From contig OX597818.1 of the NCBI GenBank assembly GCA_951406725.2, positions 42,656,001-42,720,000 on the forward strand: DNA of 64,000 nt, read 5' to 3'. This DNA comes from Octopus vulgaris. Its lineage: Eukaryota. Positions 50,275 through 63,434 of the stretch are shown piece after piece. Numbering within the stretch: the first letter of the stretch is position 1; each line of letters starts with the position of its first letter. The notes beneath the pieces were generated by a model. The model saw nothing but the letters and a program-made list of their open reading frames with translations. It was not told the DNA's origin and ran no database searches. The position numbers and the translations under genes were made by a program.

Positions 50275-51888
50275 TTAAACCTTATTAGTGTCTCTGTTTT
50301 GTGCTTCTAGGCAAAATATATAACTTAAAACATGCAACTCTAAAGACTTCTGTTGGTTGTTTAACTCTAAGTCAGCTCTGATTAAGGAGTCCTATAAGTG
50401 GTGTTCCAGACATGACCATTACATCTTCTGTATTATTCATTTCATTTTCAAGTCAGTAGAGTTAACTTTGCAGGAGAATTGGCTTCTATTTCTAACTGAT
50501 TAAACGACCATGTTGGGGTTCTTTTGATGGTCTCGGTTTATTTGGCTAGTAGCTGGTTTTACTCTTACATCATCATGGAGTGTTTAACGAAAATGATCTG
50601 AACAAAAATAATCTCAACATTATGTAAACTGTACAGCTTTAACTATTATACAACTATATCAGATTGCAGAATGTGATCTGATAAAGTCAGTCAAATCAAA
50701 ACACATGGGGGTCATACAAACTAAATAAGTAAACTTGTAGTCACTGTTTAATATTCACTCAATTGTTTCTAATTTTGGCAGGAGTCCAGCAATTTTGTGA
50801 GGAGTGGGTGAGTTGATTACATTGACCCTAGTACTTGACTTGGTACTTTATTTTATTGACCCTGAAAGGCATAGTTGATCTTGGGGGGGGGGGTTCAAGC
50901 TCAGAAGATAAATAACTGGAAGATTTCTTTCAGTTATTCCAGTAATAGAATACTCTCAGACTTTTAGAAACATCATTCTTTGCTCATGCATCATTAACTG
51001 TCTTCATACAACCCATACTGAAACAGGTCAAAGTTTTGAACAAACAAGAAGCTATACTCTACTACCATAACCTTGAAACACATTTTTTATGTTCATATTT
51101 TCCATACTAGCACAGGTAAGTTGAATGTATTATTGAGGCATTGTTTTATAGCAAGGTACTCTTCATATCACTCTTACATGTTTTTTAAGGAATCTCTTAT
51201 TTCACACATTATTGAATACACAAAGACAGTGGACAATTTTGTTGACGAAGAAATGACATCATCACTCTTTGTAGCCCACAATATTCAGGGAAGTACAAAT
51301 ATAAACAAATACACTAAGAATGTTGTCTGACAGACTAATGATTCTGCCAGCAGTGAGCTGGTAGAATAAATTTAATTCAACTTTAATTTAGTTTCAGTCC
51401 TATTTATGGTGAGTCAAAAGTCTTTGCTCTTAACATTTAACCCATAACACGCTAGGATTTGCACTTACATAGCATGGACTGCTGAGCACATTTTATGAAA
51501 ATGAGACTACCATGCATGTATAAAAAACAAAAAAATAGTTAAAATATCTTCTTAGTATATAATGGTGGCAAGTTTTACATCATCTGAAAAGTTATTAGTT
51601 GAACTATTAGTCCTTTTGCATTCTGGTGGGCATTGGAGCGTTTGAGTGACATTAGACCCCAACAAACGCCCATAAATTAAATGCATCTATGTGGGCCACA
51701 GTCATGGCCTGTCAACCTGTGCCTGACAGCCACGATCGTGGCCCATCGCGCTTTATGTGTTAATGTGTGAAAAACTGCATGAAAGTTTCATCAGTATAGC
51801 AGTATTAGCTTATCAGCCAATATTACTTGTAGAAACTTATGTGGTTGACAGATCTGTTAAAAAGATACCTTACTATCTTTAAAAAAGT

Positions 51889-52214
51889 GAAGGCGCATGG
51901 CTCAGTGGTTAGAGCGTCGAGCTTACGATCGTGAGGTTGTGAGCTCGAATCCCGGACCGGGCTGCGTGTTGTGTTCTTGAGCAAGGCACTTTATTTCACG
52001 ATGCTCCAGTTCACTCAGCTGTAGAAATGAGTTGCAGCGTCACAGGTGCCAAGCTGTATCGACCCTTGGACAACATCGGTGACGTGGAGAGGGGAGGCCG
52101 GTATGCATGGGCGACTGCTGGTCTTCCATAAAACAACCTTGCCCAGACTTGTGCCTCAGAGGGTAACTCTCTAGGTGCAAACCTGTGGTCAGTGTCTGAC
52201 CGAAGGGGGTTACC
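51889..52214 (+). mobile_element. tRNA-derived SINE family D, full length
   Basis: A box tggctcagtggttag and B box gagctcgaatccc. TSD actatctttaaaaa(a)gt at 51872-51888 and 52215-52230. Confidence 0.9.
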
Positions 52215-53117
52215 ACTATCTTTAAAAAGTATGTAATGGTTATAACTAGAGTGCATTTGATCATAGCTTAGCTCAACGACAGCTAATCTGGGATTCAGCA
52301 ACAACACCTTTCTAAATATAAATTAAGAGAATGTATTAATGATCTTTGAATATGTAGTTTTTTATCAATCTCCTTTTGATATCTGTATACGGAGGAGTTT
52401 CTTATTGAATTCTGTCTTCCTTTTGTTTCTAGGTGTGCATTTCTTGATCTTATCTAAGCATTCCTATCAGTTAGGTGTATTGCACTTAATCAAAGGTCTG
52501 AACTAGAAACCACTGCATAGTTTCAGGTTTAGTCCCACTGCAAGGCACCTTGGGCAAGTGTCTTCTACTACAGCACTGGGCCACCTAAAGCCTTGTGAAT
52601 GGATTTAGTTGAAAGGAGCCTGTGGGAGTGTGTGTTCATGTATTTGTTTATATTTGTACTTCCCTGAATATTGTGGGCTACAAGAGTGATGATGTCATTT
52701 CTTTGTCAACAAATTGTCCACTGTCTTTGTGTAGTCAATAATGTGTGAAATAAGAGATTCCTTGAAAAAAACATAATAGTTAGTGATATGAAGGGTACCT
52801 TGCTACAAAAAACAATGCCTCAATAATACATTCAACTCAAGTGCTAGTATGGAAAATATGAACATAAAAAATATGTTTCAGGGTTAAGTAGAGTATAGCT
52901 TCTCTTGTTTGTTCAAAACTTTGGCCTGTTTCAGTATGGGTTGTATGAAGACGGTAAAAGATGCATGGGCAAAGAATGATGTTTCTAAAGTCTGAGAGTA
53001 TTCCATTGCTTAAGTTTTTGTTGAAGTGTAAAAAATATAGAGATTTCGTCATTATTATATTGTCCGTGTTTCATTTTATAAATGTTAAATAGTTTGGTAA
53101 TATTCTTAATAATGAAA

Positions 53118-53925
53118 AGGTAGCAAGCTGGCAGAAACATTGGTACATTGGGAAAAGTACTTAGCAGCATTTCATCCATCTTTTACATTCTGAGTTTAAA
53201 TTCTACTGAGGTCATCTTTGCCTTTCACCATTTCAGGATTGATGAATTAAGTACCAGTTAAAAACTGGGGTTGATTTAATCGACTTATCCCCTCCCTCGA
53301 AATTGCTGGACACTAAACTCTGCTTGTGAAGACCTGTTGAGGCAAGTGAAATCGAAATCGAACCAAATTCGTCGACTGGCATCCATGCCAACCTCCCTTC
53401 ATTGGACACTAAACTCTGCTTGCGAAGACCTGTTGGGGCAAGTGAAATCGAAATTGAACCATATTCGTCGACTGGCACCCATGCCAGTGGAGCGCTAACA
53501 GCTCCATCCAAGCAGGATCACTGCCAGAGCAGCTATCTGGCATGTAAAGAGAACCATTTGAGCATGATCATTGTGAGCGTTGCCTTACTGGCACTTGAAC
53601 AAAACATTAGAGCAGGGTCGTTGCCAGTTCTGCTGGACTTATTCCTGTGCAGGTGGCACATAAAAAGCACCATTTTCGAGTGTGGCCGTTGCTAGTACCG
53701 CCAGACTGGCCCTCGTGCCAGTGGCATTTTAAAAGCACCCACTACACTCTCGGAATGGCTGGCGTTAGGAAGGGCATCCAGCTGTAGAAACTCTGCCAGA
53801 TCAGATTGGAGCCTGATACAGCCATCTGGTTTGCCAGTCCTCAGTCAAATCGTCCAACCCATGATAGCATAGAAAGCGGACGTTAAACGATGATGATGAT
53901 GTGCCAAAAATTTGAAACCAATATT
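53118..53925 (+). mobile_element. Family C-type SINE interrupted by a long family B copy (53310-53900)
   Basis: The C head and body end at gaaattgctgg and resume at gtgccaaaaatttgaaacc after the (gat)n tail of B. Confidence 0.8.
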
Positions 53926-54929
53926 CTTAATGAAATATTTTATCACTTTTGCTATTTCATATTTCATTCTATGTTTGTGAGTTCATTATATTTCTTTCAT
54001 TAAGTTTGCTATTTTCTTTTATTCCTGGTTCAGCTATTATAATACATTGAAGGTTATTTGTATTCTAAGGGCACAGTTTGTGTAGCCTCAATTCTAAAGC
54101 AATTCCCAGTGTATTCTGTCCATCTGTTTAAAATTTACTTTTATCCTTTTGTCTTTGCTGCTCCCAGCGGCCATTAACATATTCTTCCATTTCTATAATT
54201 TTATTATATAAATTTTTGTCTTCAATTAAAAGTTTTGTAATTTCCTTTTTTTTTTTTTTTATGGCAAAGTTTCTAAATTTATTTGTTCTGTATCTCATCT
54301 GTTCACATATTTAGAATATAATGTCATCTGAGTTTTTATAAAATTTGTTCCCAATGGGTTTGAAATGACTATCGTCATTATTCTAACATCCACTTTTTCT
54401 TGCTTTCATGGGTCTGACAGATTTTCTACAGTCAGATGCCCATACTGTCACCAACCCTCACATGTTACATAAGATAATGTTTCCCCACAACCAGGCATGT
54501 TTCCATGGAAGATTGGAAAAGAAAGACACTCATTTACAACCATCATACAGTGTCTAGCCTAGACAAGGAAAGAGTACCACAGATATACATGATGGGCTTC
54601 TTTCAGTTTCCATCTACCAAATCCACTCACAAAGCTGTGGTCAGGCTTGGGGTATAGCAGAAGACACCTGCCCAAGGTGCCACGCAGTGGGACTGAACCC
54701 AGACTACCTACCACATAGCCATGCCTGAACCTAGCAGTTACCGGGAAGCTAATTTACTATAATTGTAAACTTTCTCCTCCTCCATTTTTATCAGTTCTAT
54801 AAGTTGAATCTACTTCCTTAGAATATGATATGCCTTCATTAATAAAATTAATACAACTAATTAAGATTAGTTAATTTTTGTATGTTTACATTTGTTTGGT
54901 GTATTTATGCTTTAGGTATCTTTTCTCTT

Positions 54930-55148
54930 TTATCTCTTTTCTCTTTTACTTGTTTCAGTCATTTGACTGCAGCCATGCTAGAGCACCACCTTTAGTCAAG
55001 CAAATCAACCCCAGGACTTATTCTTTGGAAGCCTAGTGCTTATTCTATCGGTCTCTTTTGCCGAACTGCTAAGTTACGGGGATGTAAACACACCACCATC
55101 GGTTGTCAAGTGATGTTGGGTGACAAACATATACACACACAAACATAT

Positions 55149-55180
<32 letters not shown>

Positions 55181-55297
55181 TACAAAATTAGAAAATGGAG
55201 AAACATACTTAAATCAATAAAACATCAACTATCAGATGATACCCAATCAATACTTTATTACACCATTACATATCAGTAAAGGCATTATATCTCATTT

Positions 55298-55353
<56 letters not shown>

Positions 55354-55533
55354 GCACACATACATATATACGATGGGCTTCTTTCAGTTTCCGTCTACCA
55401 AATCCACTCACAAGGCTTTGGTCGACTCGAAGCTATAGTAGAAGACACTTGCCCAAGGTGCCTCTGAGTGGGAATGAACTTGGAACCATGTGGTTGGTAA
55501 GCAAGCTACTTATCACACAGCCACTCCTGCGCC
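54930..55533 (-). mobile_element. SINE family A with an extra ~120-bp insert in its (TA)n tract
   Basis: Family A tail and head. Unrelated sequence at 55180-55300 between two (TA)n runs. Confidence 0.8.
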
Positions 55534-55951
55534 TATGAAAGGCAAAGTCAACCTTGGCGAAATTTGAAATCAGAACGTAAAGACTTACAAAATGCCTCAA
55601 AGCATTTTGCCCGGTGTGCTAACAATTCTGCCAGCTCGCCACCTTTTAGAAAGAAATCACATAACAAACCCTTTTGTTCTGTCTCTTACATTCTTATATC
55701 ATTTTTTTCTATTGAAAACTGACAGTAGTGTGTTAAATATCCAGTCAGACAAGGAGTTTAAGTTTTGTGCCTTCTGAAAGATGATAAATATAAAAACAAA
55801 CTTGAGAAAAATGTTGTTTTTGTTTGTTTGTTTGTGTTTTTTGTTTTTGTTTGTTTGTTTATTTTTTTCCTTTCATCTCATTGTTATTTGGATAGTTTTG
55901 TCATCATTGTATTTGAAGTAATTTGATTTTAAAATTCTTCAAGAAACTTAA

Positions 55952-56165
55952 CCCTTTCATTACTGTATTTATTTTGAGATTCTCTGTGTTTCTTTCAATT
56001 ACTTTAAATATAACAAAGAATTTAGTAAAATAATTTAGTTATCATTCAGCTAGTGTTAGAAACATAAATTGTGACTAACTTTTGGTGGAAGATATTAATT
56101 CAAAACTTATGAAAGCAAGACATTTGTACTCAGAGCCGGTTTTAGCCGGGTTGGTAACGAAAGGG
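55952..56165. mobile_element. piggyBac-like MITE, family 1
   Basis: TTAA|CCCTTT...AAAGGG|TTAA. Confidence 0.85.
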
Positions 56166-56959
56166 TTAAAGCGATATTCAGCAGGAGTGCTTTGCAATGA
56201 AATACCTCGGTGATTGTTATTAGTAAAGGTTTTTACAAATTTGGGTATTGCAAGAGTGGAATGTAATCACAGAAGCTTGAAAATATATATTATCTCACCA
56301 TCTACAAAAATATCACTGAAAATAATAAAATATAAGTTATTTGTAAAATTTAAATTAAGAATATATACTAGGCTAATCTCAATGCAGGACACTACATAGA
56401 TAAAAATATCTTAATATCATCTGTAAATATTCATTATCATCATCAATTTTATGTATGTTTTTTCCATACTGGTCTATATTGTACAGATCTGTAAAATGCC
56501 TCAAGCACATCTTGGTCTTTTGTAAGACCCATTTATCCAAGATCTCACAAACAAAATCTTCTTTGATTTTTCTCTTCTTGGCTTTAATTTTCGATTTTTA
56601 TTGTTTGATTTATCAATTTATCTCATCACAAACCCTTGTATAGTCACTTCCACACACTTGGGATAATGGTTTTTATATTAAGCTACTCTCTTTGATCACT
56701 TGTACTCTGCCATGCTGACTAACATCAAATCCAATAGAACATGTTCACCTTATTTCTCTCTCATTTTTACTGAACTTCTATATCTGATATTGGTTTTAGC
56801 TTTCCTTTTTTATATGGACCTATCACTTAGATCTTATGGCAGATTATGCTGTAATTATTCCACATCATTTTTCACGTTGTCTAATGGGACCCTATTACAA
56901 CCTCAGAAATTCTGACCAGTTGTCCTTTTGGAATGTCTAGCTATTTACTGTGTTCAAGT

Positions 56960-57830
56960 TCTCTACTTCTAAATGAAGGAATATTTACATCTTAGTGGCT
57001 GAGGGTCTGGAGATTCAGACACAACTGTACACATTGCAGTTTGGTTCTGAAGCTGTACTCTGCCAAGATCATCCCTGTCCAATCCTTGATGTCATCACAC
57101 CAACTTTGTTGCTTATGAACCCATTTTCCATCCACCCAGCACTTGAGTATGTGAGTACAGACATTCTGGACCCAGTTAACTTGGCTAAAATATTAGTTTT
57201 TGTTGACTGACCTTTGTTACCAGATTTCGGTCTGCTCCCATCTAATCCCAAACTGAATCACTGAATCATTGGAGCTGCCCAACTAACCACAGTACTCACC
57301 TGTATCATGTTGTCTCAAATGCCTTGACCTTTTGCTGTTAGCTACCTGAAGAAACCTCCACACACATACAATGCTACTGACCAGACTAGAGTTTTTAGAA
57401 GTTTCATAATTATACTTTAATGAGTAAAATCTCTCCATATTGTATTTGTGACCTCAGAAATTATCTTTCTGCACTGAGTCGTGCTCTGACTTCCTGGCTG
57501 CAGTACTCTGTTTGGTCAAGGGTGGCACCCCAGTACTTGAAATTGTCAACATGGGATAGTGTGGCCCTGCCCCTTCCTGACATCATATAAGCTGCTCTGG
57601 TTTCCTGGTGGTTGCTATGATCATGGTCTTTCTGCTGCTGACCTCCTGTTGAAAATTGCTAGAGACTAGACTAACTTTGTCAATCAGTCTCTGGTAGTGA
57701 CCAGCACAATGTCATCTGCATAACAAAGGTTATTTAGTACATAGTTCTTCCATACATTACTTCTCATACATGTTTTTTCTTGTCTTCTGAGTCTTCTTCC
57801 TCATCCTCAACTTAAGGCTACTGGCCATTA
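56960..57830 (-). mobile_element. Old RTE-like LINE RT relic
   Basis: Minus strand reads LNNLCYADDIVL at ~57735-57700 and DNFKYWG downstream. Confidence 0.6.
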
Positions 57831-57839
57831 AACTATGTT

Positions 57840-58192
57840 CATCATCATCATCATTCAACATCCGCTTTCCATGCTAGCATGGGTTGGGCGATTTGACTGA
57901 GGTCTGGTGAACCATATGGCTGCACCAGACTCCAATCTGATCTGGCAGAGTTTCTACAGCTGGATGCCCTTCCTAACACCAACCACTCCGAGAGTGTAGT
58001 GGGTGCTTTTACATGCCACCGGCATGTAAGCCAGTCAGGCGGTACTGGCAACGGCCACGCCAAAATGGTGCTTTTTATGTGCTACTTGCACAGGAGCCAG
58101 TCCAGCGGCACTGGCAATGACTTCACTCAAATGTTTTTTCACGTGTCACCAGCACAAGTGCCAGTAAGGCGATGCAGGTAACAATCATGCTT
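57840..58192 (-). mobile_element. SINE-like family B
   Basis: (cat)n tail followed by the family B body. Confidence 0.85.
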
Positions 58193-59161
58193 GAATAACA
58201 AATAAAATTCCTCACCGGCTATAAATCACTTTTGCATGCATACCCACCTTCAGTGTAAGTGACCAGTTTCAGTTACAAGTGATAAGAGCATTTGCATCAC
58301 TGGAATTCAAGTGCCTTGATCACTCTTCATTTCTTGTACCACGACTACACTGTTGCATCTGTCCAAGTGTTTCTTAACATTACCAGTGAAATCACACTAT
58401 GATAATATTGATGTTGTCAATTCATTGGAGAAATAAATTGATGACATTAGTATATATTTTTTCCTTAATTGTATCTAATTTGATTTTGAATGGAAATTAG
58501 TTTTGCTCTATCTAAACTAATATTATAGTGTAAAATGATGTTACATATGTCTCATTCCCTAGATTAAATTATTCATATTGATTGATACCTTTGGTGTTTA
58601 TGTAAATGATTTCACATGTTTTAAATGTTTTGTGCTTTTGTTTCAAAATTTATTCCATTAAGCTTATTGAGAACCAGATGGCATTTTCATTCCAAAACAA
58701 GTTATGTATTTAATGTACACATTCAAGAAAGGCTGTGCCTATGGTTGAGGCATTGGACTAAATATTTTAGTTTTTCTTGGATTTGTTCTCAATTTTGAAT
58801 TCAAGTCCTGTAAATTCAGCTTGATAAAATCTTCCCATTTATGCATAATCAAAATAAATCAGTATTTTTAGTCAGTAAATTTCTCCGCTCAGTATATTTG
58901 GTGTAAATTTAACATTGCCAAAGAGGAGATAACATGGGTATCCCAGCAGGAAGAGAAAGGCGGATGGAGATAAGATATCTGGGCATGAGAAATGTTTTAT
59001 AGAAATCTTGTTCAAATATTTAAGTTCCTCTGTAACCATTAATCTATTTGCTAATTTAGTATACCATAAGTACATAATGAAAACTATCTGATAACCTATT
59101 TTCAAATTATTTGTTTTCTTAATTCTAGTTTTAATATATTTTTTCCTAAATTCTTTTCCAG

Positions 59162-59319
59162 GTCAATGTATATTTGCTCTTCAGGATGAGTCTTTGGAAA
59201 AAGTTTCTCCCTGTAGAAATGAAACACTCAAGCCAAAAGTCAACACAGCCAACATAATGATTAAAAGTGAATCCACAACAAACTTGTCTTACTTTTCTCA
59301 AAGTTCAGAATGTTGGAAA
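59162..59319 (+). CDS. HGSNAT: HGSNAT-like gene, coding exon 2 (lumenal N-terminal domain)
   Basis: Strong ttcttttccAG acceptor and GTTAGT donor; phase 1/0. KVNTANIMIKSESTTNLSYFSQSSECWK resembles human [29 protein letters not shown] (from recall). N-glycan sequons NET and NLS. Confidence 0.75.
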
Positions 59320-59789
59320 GTTAGTGCTCAGTTTTATTATTCTCAATTTGAATTTTGTTGGAAGACAAGACCCTTTAACTGATTGAGGTATAGGATTGAA
59401 GGATAAGAAACTAGGGTCAGGGTAAGGCTGAAGTGGTGAATACATTCCTTGCCCATCTGGAAAATGAGAGAGAGAGATGTAAGGGTAAGGTACAAGATGG
59501 ATATGAGAGACAGAATAGGACAGAGGAGTAGAAAAAGGTGGATGTGTCAGTTGGTGCTCTGTGTGAGAAAAGTGTGACAGATGATTAGAGATAAGGAATG
59601 AGATGGATGCAAAGAATAACAGTTCAATGGAGGGGAAGTGAAGAAATAGGGTGCCACAGAATAATGATGGCAGAATGGGTGTTAGAAAATGAATTGTTGG
59701 AGAAAGCTTGACAGAACCTCGATTTTGCAGAGATGGATGGATCTTCTCAAACACAGTAAATCGTCATTTAGCTCAGTTCCTTATCATCT

Positions 59790-61790
59790 CCTCTTAGTGG
59801 CTCAATATTTTGAGGTCAGTCTTCACCACTTTGTTCCACATATTCCTGAGCCTTCTACCACAGGCTCTGTCCACATTTAGTGACTGACATTTCTTTATAC
59901 AACTGTCTTTGTCTATCCACATCACATAACCATACAAGCACAATCTTCTCACCTGCATACCACATCTGATGCCTTTTATGCCCAATTTTTCTCTCAGCAC
60001 ATACTTTGTCATACATGCATACTGATGTTGCACATCCTTGGTGCATGCTAGTTTTATTTTTTTCTAGTCTTTGCACATCCTCTGCATTCACAGCCCTAGT
60101 TTCACAATTATCTAGCATACTGTTCATACACATGCAGCATACAACCTGAGAGAGAGGCCTTCTGTCTTCTGTTACTAACAGAGGTAATAGTTCACTGAAC
60201 TTTCTCTAGCCAATTCTTATTCTATCAGTTATGCTTTCAGCACCTCATCCTCCACTACCTTCAAGAAACAGGCATTCCAGAACATCTATTTCCTGTATGC
60301 TCCTATTATTTATCACTCCTGCACATCTGCTCCTGACAAATTCTATTTTCTCTGTTAAACTTCTTGTGATTTTACTGTCTCTTGTGTAACCATAGTTTAC
60401 ACTGAGTACACCATAAGAAATTTGTACCTACTCCTTTTCAACAGATAGAACAGGGCCATTTACCCAGAGTGGTTAGTGTCGCGTCTGTTTTCCTGCCATC
60501 TAGAACTTTGACCTTTGCTAAATTACCTTTAACCCTTTAGTATTTGCATTATTCTATCAAATGCAGTGTTTATTTATTCACATTGTTTTAAATTAATCCT
60601 GTATTATCTTGTAGCTTTGAGATTTTGATGAAGTAACTATTCATTTTTAGAACTATATAGTAGGGCTGGTGTGAGAGGCCAGATCTGGCCAATTTGAACA
60701 TAAAACAGGGGAGAATATTTTGGCTGAATATTGGTGTAAGTGGCTCAATATTTTGAGGTCTATATTTTGAGAGTCTTCACCAATATGGCCGGTTTAAATG
60801 CTAAAGGGTTAAGACACTTTAATTCTAGATTTTGCTTCCACACTTGGAATTTCATTTCTTATTCTACTGCAGTTTCAATTATAAGAACAAGTCATCAGCA
60901 TAGAGGAATTCCAATGGGCAGCCAGTCTTAAATTCTTATGTTATGGCTTGGAGGACTATGATAAATAGGAGGAGACTGATGACTGAATCCTGATGAGCTA
61001 TTGCCTGTGCACTAAGTTTACTGTACTCAGTTAACTCTCACTTTGCTGACAGTGTCCCTGTACATGATTTCATTGGCTCTCACGAACCATTCATCAACTC
61101 CTAGCTTCTGCAGTGACCACTTGATGAGGGAAGGAATGAGGCACCCTATCAAGGGCTTTCTCCTGGTCAATAACAATCAATTACAGTCAAGGGGGAGTAT
61201 CAGTGGTTCTTCTTCCTAGCAAAACTAAGCTGAATCTTATGTAATCTAACTCCCTCCATAATTAACTGGGTTATAGCTCTTTGTAACTTTCATAATTTAG
61301 TCTAGCAACTTGATACCTCTAATTACCCTTGTAGCAGTTGGCCATAATATTGTTACACCATTTGTTAGCTACGATACCTTCCTGTACAACCTGATTTACT
61401 ATACAGGTGACTAAATCATATCCTTCTCCACCCAATATTTTAAGCATCTTGGAAGCAATTCCTTATGGGTCAGGTGCTTTCCCAGTCTTCTTATCCCTAA
61501 TTGCTTTATTCATAACATTGCTGTCAACAAGAACACCTAGACCCTCAGCCAGATTCACAAGATTCTCTTTCCCCCATTCATTCTTCACATTCAGTAACCT
61601 CTCATAATAGTACTTCCATGTCCCTTTCTTTTCAGAATCACTAAATGCAAGCCTGCCGCGTGCACACACACACACTTCTCCCCCACATCTCAATTTTCTC
61701 TGATACACTGCTCTGTAAACCAGAACACTTCATACATTTGCTCTTCACGCTGTAGAACATTGGCAAACCTTTCTTCTACTTTTCCATATA
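59790..61790 (-). mobile_element. Decayed RTE-like LINE ORF, interrupted by a MITE
   Basis: YYERLLNVKNEW..NKAIRDKKTGKAPDP, an NYRGIKLL-like segment, and LREKLGIKGI..RRL.LYGYV. Confidence 0.75.
60533..60808. mobile_element. piggyBac-like MITE, family 2, carrying a small templated insertion
   Basis: TTAA|CCCTTTAG...CTAAAGGG|TTAA. Confidence 0.85.
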
Positions 61791-62233
61791 TGTTTGTTTG
61801 TCTCCCATGCAATTACGCCCGTAGGAGACATAGTGCTAACAGGCTATCTTAAAGATAGCTTTTTGTGACATAGACTCTTACATACAGAAATTAAATATTT
61901 TTGCATGGGAGTAAGGGGGTAAAATATCAAAATTCATCATACAATAAAGCCAAGGGTGTAAATGATAGAGGAAGAGTTGAGATTAATTGACATAGAGAAT
62001 TCTTCATTGTCTTGAAACATTTATAATTGATTCCCTTGTTTGATCTCTGTTATTTACTGGGCTGATGTTTATATCTTTTTTTTTTTTATTATGAGACCAA
62101 TGTGAGACAATTTCTTCCTAGAAAGGGTGTCAGGTTATTGCAGTAAGTTTTTTTCATGAGTAATTAAATCTATCACTACTAGTTATTAAAAAGTATCTCA
62201 ATTTTATCATGGTGAATTACATTACAACACCTA

Positions 62234-62546
62234 AAGGGTAAAGATTGATCCTAGAAGTTTCCCTCCAAGGCACAAGTCTGGGAAAGGTTGTTTATGGAAG
62301 ACCAGTCATCCATGCATACCAGTCTCCCCTTTCCTTACCACCAATGTTATCCAAGGGAAACACAAGGGCCGATACAGCTTGACACCAGTGACGTCCCAGT
62401 TCATTTCTACAGTTGAGTGAACTGAAGCAACGTAAAATAAAGTGTCTTGCTCAAGAACACAACACATGGCCTGGTCCAGGAATTGAACTCACTACCTCAT
62501 GACTGTAAGCCCAGTGCTCTTACCACTGAACCATGTGCCTTCACAT
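62234..62546 (-). mobile_element. SINE family D, diverged
   Basis: Reverse complement of 51889-52214, flanked by tacaacaccta duplications. Confidence 0.82.
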
Positions 62547-62839
62547 ACTACAACACCTACATGAAGTAATTTGTGGCCACATCATATCACTGGTCAAAGG
62601 CTACGAGATATTGGAATTATGGTTGTTTATTCAGTAACACCTTGACTTGGCTATCCATTTTTCCCTTTGCATCTGGATATGCTAAACTTCGGACTATTTT
62701 GGAAACATACTACACACCCTAGCGTGCAAAGTTTAATTATGTGGTATGAAAGAGTTACAACTCTTAATTTTACTTAATATTATTATTATTATCTAACATG
62801 CTTCTGAATGACTGACAGCTGTATAGAAACAGTTAAGAG

Positions 62840-63434
62840 GTGAGCTGGCAGAAATGTTAGCACGCCAGGGGAAATGCTTAGTGGTATTTCATCTGCCGCT
62901 ACGTTCTGAGTTCAAATTCCGTCGAGGTCGACTTTGCCTTTCATTCTTTCGGGGTCAATTAAATACGTACCAATTACACACTGGGGTCGATATAATCGAC
63001 TTAATCCCTTTGTCTGTCCTTGTTTGTCCCCTCTGCGTTTAGCCCCTTGTGGGTAGTAAAGAAATAGGTATTTCGTCTGCCGTTACGTTCTGAGTTCAAA
63101 TTCCACCGAGGTCGACTTTGCCTTTCATTCTATCGGGGTCGATTAAATAAGTACCAATTACACACTGGGGTCGATATAATCGACTTAATCCCTTTGTCTG
63201 TCCTTGTTCGTCCCCTCTGCATTTAGCCTCTTGTGGGTAGTAAAGAAATAGGTATTTCGTCTGCTGCTACGTTCTGAGTTCAAATTCCACCGAGGTCGAC
63301 TTTGCCTTTCATCCTTTCAGGGTCGATAAATAAAGTACCAGTTATGCAATGGGGTCGATGTAATCGACTTAATCCGTTTGTCTGTCCTTGTTTGTCCCCT
63401 CTGCATTTAGCCCCTTGTGGGCAGTAAAGAAATA
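62840..63434 (+). mobile_element. Trimeric family C SINE (one head plus three 184-bp units)
   Basis: Units start at 62883, 63067 and 63251. 15-bp TSD agaaacagttaagag at 62825-62839 and 63435-63449. Confidence 0.9.

Noticed and set aside
51889-51965. tRNA gene
   Set aside because: The tRNA-like head continues into a SINE body flanked by a TSD, and a second copy exists at 62234-62546.
62883-63434. CRISPR array or hammerhead retrozyme
   Set aside because: The units are full tandem repeats without unique spacers, the context is eukaryotic, and there is no CUGANGA/GAAA core.
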